IMG/VR virus record: IMGVR_UViG_3300042299_000631
Span: 1 to 35,429 of that record
DNA: 35,429 bases
Direction: 5' to 3' (one strand)
Source of the DNA: a virus
Lineage: Duplodnaviria > Caudoviricetes
Positions 33,098-35,429 of the stretch are shown here, piece after piece. Each line of letters starts with the position of its first letter. Position 1 is the first letter of the stretch. Both the position numbers and the translations under genes were made by a program. The notes under the pieces are model-generated. The model saw nothing but the letters and a program-made list of their open reading frames with translations. It was not told the origin of the DNA and did no database searches.

Positions 33098-33585
33098 AGC
33101 GGGCCTCGGTCGGTGGTGGTGAGGTGCAGACGTTGCGCGATGGGGCGGTCGATGAGGTAGCCGGCGAGGAGGTCGGCGATCGGCCGCGGTGATGGCGCGC
33201 CGGGGAGCTGGATGGCGAGGTCGCCGATGATCGCGTCGCCGTGGAGGATTGAGCGGAGCCAGCCGGCGCCGGTGATCGGGATGGTCGCGAAGATGGCGGC
33301 GCCAGGTGTGCGGAGGATCGTCTCGGCCCGGTCGCGAGCGTCGGGACAGGCCGCGGGGGCGTTGCCGTCGGCGTCGGTGTTGTAGAGCCCGGCGACGACG
33401 AGCGGCGGTTCGGCCGGTCGGAGAATGTAGGGGCTCGCGTGTTCGGCAAGGCGGAGCGTTAGGTCGCCTTTGACGCGGTGGCCGGATTGGTCGAGGAGCG
33501 CTACCGAATAGCGATCGGCGGCGAGGACCGCGAGGACGCGGACCCGTGCGGTGAGTTGCCCGTTCATGAGCTGGTGGTCTTCCAT
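33094..33585 (-). CDS. Hypothetical protein, possibly degenerate SNase/OB fold
   Basis: RVLAVLAADRYSV...LRL...ARDRAETIL...IIGDL layout recalls thermonucleases but the DGDT motif is missing. Confidence 0.5.
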   Translation of the reverse strand: MEDHQLMNGQLTARVRVLAVLAADRYSVALLDQSGHRVKGDLTLRLAEHASPYILRPAEPPLVVAGLYNTDADGNAPAACPDARDRAETILRTPGAAIFATIPITGAGWLRSILHGDAIIGDLAIQLPGAPSPRPIADLLAGYLIDRPIAQRLHLTTTDRGPL

Positions 33586-33630
33586 GTTAGCGCTTAGCGA
33601 CCCACCCCAGCCGCCGGAATTGCTGGCGGT

Positions 33631-33659
33631 ATTGTAACGGCCCGGCGCGCGCGTGGCAA
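33631..33659 (-). promoter_or_regulatory. Sigma70-type promoter
   Basis: TTGCCA-N17-TACAAT, 45 nt before ATG 33585. Confidence 0.8.
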
Positions 33660-33681
33660 TTTGCAGGCGCGTGGGTGGTGA

Positions 33682-34608
33682 TTACCTCGAGGTATCGCCG
33701 CGCGATGATGCGGCGCGGGCCCCAGGATGCGATTGGTCGGCGATGGCGGCGATCATTGCGGCGCGTTCGAATTTTGGAAGGGTCGCGAGCGTCGCGAGGA
33801 TGGTCTTTTGGCGCCGGTGGATCCGTTCGCGGTCGCGTCGATCGTGGCCGATGAAGCGGTAGTCGTGGAGGGCGAGCGGTGTGGCGTAGTTGGTCCAGAT
33901 TTGCTCGCGACGGAGGCCGCCGCGGGTCATGACCTGGTGCTCGATGCGTCGCCAATGGTTCAAACGGTGGTAGATCGGGGACCAGTAGCCGCAGAGGATG
34001 ACGGAGTACTGCGCCGCGGGTATTCGCGACACGGTACCGGCGAGCTTCGCGTGATCGTCGTCGGTGAGTTCGTGCCGGTAGATTTTGCCGGTTCGTGCGC
34101 CGAGGACGTAGGGAGGATCGGCGAAGATGCAGGTCGGGGTGTGGTCGACCGGTGCGATCGGTGGGACGGTGTGGGACGGGTTGCCGGTGTAGCGTGTGAG
34201 ACCGCAGAAGTGGCGGAGAAACTCGATCCCGTCGGCACAGTGGATTTCGACGCGGCGGCCTTTGGGGGTGGTTTGCCATTTGTGCCACCAGTCGCAGACG
34301 GCGGGGTCGAGGTCGACCAGGATGGTCCGCGCGGCCGGCCGGATGCGTCGAGTGATGCCACAGCGGCCGGCGAAGGGTACGACCAGGACGTCGTGCGGTG
34401 GGATGAGTGAGATGATCCGTTGAGGAATTCCCGCGCCGGATTTGCCGCCGGGGTAGCTGCTTGCGTCGCCGGATTGCGCGGCGGTCCCTGCAGGTGAGCC
34501 AGTCGATCGAGTGCCGCCGGATCGTGCGGCGGCGGTAGCCGGTGCGGGTGGTTGAGTCGATCGAGTGCCCGCGGATCGTGCGGCGGCGGATCCGGTGGCG
34601 TCTTTCAT
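33682..34608 (-). CDS. DNA adenine methyltransferase, alpha class (Dam/D12-like)
   Basis: YPGGKS, IPPHD.LVVPFAG, VDLD, IFADPPY, EQIWTNY; ~50-aa repetitive N-terminal extension. Confidence 0.85.
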   Translation of the reverse strand: MKDATGSAAARSAGTRSTQPPAPATAAARSGGTRSTGSPAGTAAQSGDASSYPGGKSGAGIPQRIISLIPPHDVLVVPFAGRCGITRRIRPAARTILVDLDPAVCDWWHKWQTTPKGRRVEIHCADGIEFLRHFCGLTRYTGNPSHTVPPIAPVDHTPTCIFADPPYVLGARTGKIYRHELTDDDHAKLAGTVSRIPAAQYSVILCGYWSPIYHRLNHWRRIEHQVMTRGGLRREQIWTNYATPLALHDYRFIGHDRRDRERIHRRQKTILATLATLPKFERAAMIAAIADQSHPGARAASSRGDTSR

Positions 34609-35099
34609 TTGTGGGTCGGAATTTCGATTGGTATTCGCAATGCGGCGGCGGTGTTGTTGGCGATGTCTTTTTTTATCTCTTCAAAGCCGGCGGTGTTCAT
34701 GACGAAACGGCGGCCGACCCGATAAGCGACCGGACGCACGGTCCAGGCGACCCGATAGTTGCGGCGGTCCTTTTGCCATTTGCGGCGAATTCGTTTGCGT
34801 TTGCTGCGCGGGAAACGGTATTGCTCGCGGGTGAATTTGCGGCCGAGGGTGTCGTCGATGTAGACGGGGAACCCGTAAAAGTTTGGGAGGTTCAAGCGGT
34901 GGTCCTGGGAGTTGTGGTTCGTTGGTTGGCGAGTGGCTAAATTTGCCGGTGCCGGAAATACGATAGGGAGGTCCGCTAAGGCTCGCGCAGCGTTGCGCAA
35001 GGCCTCGACGAAGGCTTGCGCAGCGTTGCGCAAGTTCTCGACGAATGGCGGACCGAGATGATCGACGCGGCGGTGTCGGGTTGGTTGGTCGGTGTTCAT
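34605..35099 (-). CDS. Hypothetical protein with basic motif
   Basis: ATGA overlaps on both sides; QYRFPRSKRKRIRRKWQKDRRNY; duplicated LRNAA. Confidence 0.7.
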   Translation of the reverse strand: MNTDQPTRHRRVDHLGPPFVENLRNAAQAFVEALRNAARALADLPIVFPAPANLATRQPTNHNSQDHRLNLPNFYGFPVYIDDTLGRKFTREQYRFPRSKRKRIRRKWQKDRRNYRVAWTVRPVAYRVGRRFVMNTAGFEEIKKDIANNTAAALRIPIEIPTHK

Positions 35100-35429
35100 T
35101 GCGTCGCGATTGGTTGGAGCCGGTCGAAGTTGGCGAGGGCCTCGGCGATGCGGCGGTCGATCACGGCCTCGGGGATGCCGGCCGCGCGGTCGCGCCGGAC
35201 GATCCGGGCGCGGATCCGTTCGCGGTCGAGCTTGATTTGCTCGGCGCGCGAGAGCGTGCGATTGGGTCGCGGCGACGCCGTGGGCGCGATCTCTTCGGCC
35301 GATGGCGGTGGACTCTCGCCAGTGAGCCAGCGGTGGAGCCAGCCGAGGGTCGCGGCCGGTTTGCGGTTGCGCAGGTCGCGAAACCGCGCGACCAGGTCGA
35401 GAGCGTCGGCCGGTGTGAGGTCGCGGCCT
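35096..35429 (-). CDS. Replication initiator, C-terminal part (continuation of 929..1)
   Basis: Same frame through the overlap: ...LGWLHRWLTGES...RERIRARIVRRDRAAGIPEAVIDRRIAEALANFDRLQPIATQ-stop; stop overlaps ATG 35099. Confidence 0.75.
   Translation of the reverse strand, partial: GRDLTPADALDLVARFRDLRNRKPAATLGWLHRWLTGESPPPSAEEIAPTASPRPNRTLSRAEQIKLDRERIRARIVRRDRAAGIPEAVIDRRIAEALANFDRLQPIATQ
35193..35429. repeat. Terminal overlap copy 2 (matches 1..237)
   Basis: Direct comparison, 231/237 identical. Confidence 0.95.

Larger units (their letters stand above)
1..35429. mobile_element. Complete circularly permuted temperate phage genome (siphovirus-type, lambda-like head; probable Planctomycetota host)
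   Basis: End overlap 1..237 = 35193..35429 with one ORF running across it; terminase, portal, capsid, tail tube, tape measure, integrase, attP and repressor all present; no host housekeeping genes. Host is inferred from SHD1-like domain and protein styles. Confidence 0.92.

Noticed and set aside
31954-34608. Restriction-modification system
   Set aside because: No recognisable endonuclease; the SNase-like ORF lacks catalytic motifs; orphan MTases are common in temperate phages.
537-35099. Most long + strand ORFs and Arg/Pro-rich alternative-frame ORFs in the ORF track
   Set aside because: Shadow frames of high-GC - strand genes; low-complexity translations with no motifs.
1-35429. Diversity-generating retroelement or retron
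   Set aside because: No reverse transcriptase motif and no TR/VR pair; the end-repeat mismatches are not adenine-specific.
1-35429. Frequent CGATCG as a HIP1-like repeat
   Set aside because: Readily explained by ATC codons flanked by G/C in a high-GC genome; enrichment cannot be shown without counting.

Overview
The window is an apparently complete, circularly permuted genome (unit length about 35,192 bp; 1..237 recurs at 35193..35429 with 6 mismatches) of a high-GC temperate siphovirus-type phage. The host is most likely a Planctomycete, inferred from an SHD1-like domain and the Planctomycete-style recombinase and structural proteins. Almost all genes lie on the - strand. Order along that strand: SHD1 membrane protein and XRE repressor; an operator-covered early promoter with a structured leader; early genes (ASCH protein, second tyrosine recombinase, wHTH protein, CsrA-like protein, 5'-3' exonuclease, lambda-O-like initiator with internal 21-bp iterons, the last crossing the window ends); two DNA methyltransferases flanking an SNase-like and a Zn-ribbon gene; a lambda-like head module (GpA-type terminase, gpW-like, lambda portal, fused protease-scaffold-capsid, DUF2190); a fibre-like gene with a lower-GC 5' part; a cassette of six envelope proteins led by a lipoprotein cysteine peptidase where lysis genes would be expected; and a non-contractile tail module ending in a Cys-rich glycosyltransferase. 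The only credible + strand genes are a short tyrosine integrase and a small ORF next to an intact attP (3' fragment of tRNA-Leu(GAG)). Most notable: the endolysin-less envelope/peptidase cassette, a six-copy TAAA-N20-TA late-promoter motif mostly 7-8 nt from an ATG, two tyrosine recombinases, and a four-hairpin terminated early leader RNA. All protein family calls come from reading motifs by eye; no database searches were run.
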